From an uncultured Actinomycetota bacterium (GTDB taxonomy: Bacteria > Actinomycetota > Actinomycetes > Propionibacteriales > Nocardioidaceae), in contig CAVYGA010000002.1 of assembly GCA_963767955.1 (NCBI GenBank), positions 271,622 through 335,621 of the forward strand: a stretch of DNA of 64,000 bases. The letters run 5' to 3'. The position numbers and the translations under genes were made by a program. Positions 56,289-64,000 of this stretch are shown in pieces (position 1 is the first letter of the stretch; each line of letters begins with the position of its first letter). The notes under the pieces were generated by a model, which was given only the letters and a program-made list of their open reading frames with translations, was not told the origin of the DNA and made no database searches.

Positions 56289-57063
56289 GGCCCCACGTCG
56301 GCCACACCGCGCTGCGCGGCACCACGTCGAGGGGGGTGGCCTCGTGGCGGTCGGGGGCGTGCCCACCGAGGTGGTGGGGGTACCACGGCGCCTGCTCGCC
56401 GGGGGCCGGCCGGTGCTCGGGCAGCCGCTGCACGCCCTCGAGCAGCGTGGTCAGATGCCGTCCCAGGGCCTGGGTCCACTCGGTCAGGTCGTCCCCCGGG
56501 GCGGCGTACCGCGGCTCACCGAAACGGACGTCCACCACCCGGCCGCGCCGCAGGCTCGGCCTCGGCTCCCTGCCGTCGACCGGCCGGCCCACGCTCCAGA
56601 TGCGCTGCCCACCCCAGACGACGACCGGGAGCACCGGGACCCCGGTCTCACGGGCCAGCGAGGCCACGCCAGGCATCAGGGCCCGGATCGTGTAGGAGTA
56701 GGAGATCCCGGCCTCCGGGAACGCCCCCACCGCCTGCCCGTCGCGCAGCAGGCTCCGCGCCCGCAGGTACGCCGCCGCGGGCGCCTGCCGGTCCACCGGG
56801 ATGTGCTGCATCCGGTCCATCGCCCAGGACACCGGGCGGTTGTGCCAGACGTCGTGGCGGCACATGAACCGCACGAAGCGGTCGCGCTCCACCGCGGCCC
56901 GCTCGACCAGCACGAAGTCGGGGTAGGACACGTGGTTGACGGCCAGCAGCACCGGCCCGGTGCTCGGCAGGTGCTGCGCACCCTCGACGCGGACGCGCAC
57001 GTCGAGTGCGCGGAGGGCGCCACGACCGAGGGCGTTGACCGCTCGATACACCCGGTCGCTCAT
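56242..57063 (-). CDS. Lysophospholipid (PlsC-like) acyltransferase
   Basis: 'LAVNHVSYPD' (HxxxxD), 'FPEAGIS'. Its 3' end overlaps the convergent acyltransferase. Confidence 0.88.
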   Translation of the reverse strand: MSDRVYRAVNALGRGALRALDVRVRVEGAQHLPSTGPVLLAVNHVSYPDFVLVERAAVERDRFVRFMCRHDVWHNRPVSWAMDRMQHIPVDRQAPAAAYLRARSLLRDGQAVGAFPEAGISYSYTIRALMPGVASLARETGVPVLPVVVWGGQRIWSVGRPVDGREPRPSLRRGRVVDVRFGEPRYAAPGDDLTEWTQALGRHLTTLLEGVQRLPEHRPAPGEQAPWYPHHLGGHAPDRHEATPLDVVPRSAVWPTWGPSAPPRPGTGVLGAG

Positions 57064-57092
57064 GATCTGCCCAGCCTAGGCGGTGGGGGCCC

Positions 57093-57155
57093 CTGGTTTC
57101 CCCGGTTGGCCGGGGAAACCAGTGGTTGACGGGCGTTGCAACCCCCGACAACCAC
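57093..57155. other. Two back-to-back hairpins downstream of the rpoC terminator
   Basis: CTGGTTTCCCCGG-TTGG-CCGGGGAAACCAG (57093-57122) and GTGGTTGACGGGCGTTG/CAACCCCCGACAACCAC (57122-57155). Confidence 0.7.
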
Positions 57156-57199
57156 AGGGACGGGCCGACAACCTCGGGCCTCCAGCGCCCGAAGTACGA

Positions 57200-57234
57200 C
57201 GAAGGGCCCCGGCCGGATCGGCAGGGGCCCTTCG
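57200..57234 (-). terminator. Intrinsic terminator of rpoBC
   Basis: CGAAGGGCCCC...GGGGCCCTTCG 11-bp stem starting 17 nt after the rpoC stop, followed by TCGTACTT. Confidence 0.75.
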
Positions 57235-57251
57235 CGCACAGCTGGTTGAGA

Positions 57252-61127
<3,876 letters not shown>

Positions 61128-61214
61128 GTTGGCTTCAATTCCTTCGGTTTGTGTTGCGCTGTGTTCAAGACTTTGACTGACCCCCGGCCCTCAGGCCGTA
61201 ACCACGGACCGGGT

Positions 61215-61258
61215 CCCCGCGGAGCTCTTCGAATGGGGCGATGAAGAGCTCCGTGGGG
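61215..61258. other. 16-bp hairpin in the rpoB-rpoC spacer
   Basis: CCCCGCGGAGCTCTTC-N12-GAAGAGCTCCGTGGGG, immediately after the rpoB stop. Confidence 0.75.
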
Positions 61259-61261
61259 TGG

Positions 61262-64000
<2,739 letters not shown>

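Overview
High-GC actinobacterial chromosome segment; gene content and the RpoB/RpoC sequences suggest a Nocardioides-like organism (inference). It is mostly core genome. From left to right: the end of a probable tRNA-Ala(CGC)-anchored accessory region with a truncated methyltransferase; an orphan LicD-like gene; the conserved sepX/glpR-rimJ-mogA-moaC-moeA-UGPase / 5-FCL / FmdB (with CIRCE) / SAF / mscL block; an LCP protein and a matrixin; a LacI-controlled ABC + secreted glycosidase-like + GH130 + AGE-isomerase mannoside locus; tRNA-Arg(CCT); a GT-C/PAP2 pair; Sir2, IdeR, photolyase, GH13, MarR/MFS; the pdxH-citA-serC region; a HOT + FAD/Fe-S dehydrogenase operon; and rpoC plus a partial rpoB. 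No CRISPR array, integrase, transposase or prophage gene was seen. The best leads are: (1) a stand-alone, highly structured ~200-nt transcript at ~39.35-39.55 kb with its own promoter and a 12-codon ORF behind a perfect SD; (2) the mannoside locus with an uncharacterised secreted enzyme; (3) the HOT/D-2-hydroxyglutarate-dehydrogenase-like pair; (4) a leaderless 28-aa membrane peptide missed by the ORF track; (5) mini-ORFs bridging the Moco operon; (6) a REP-like palindrome family. All motif calls were made by eye, with no database search.
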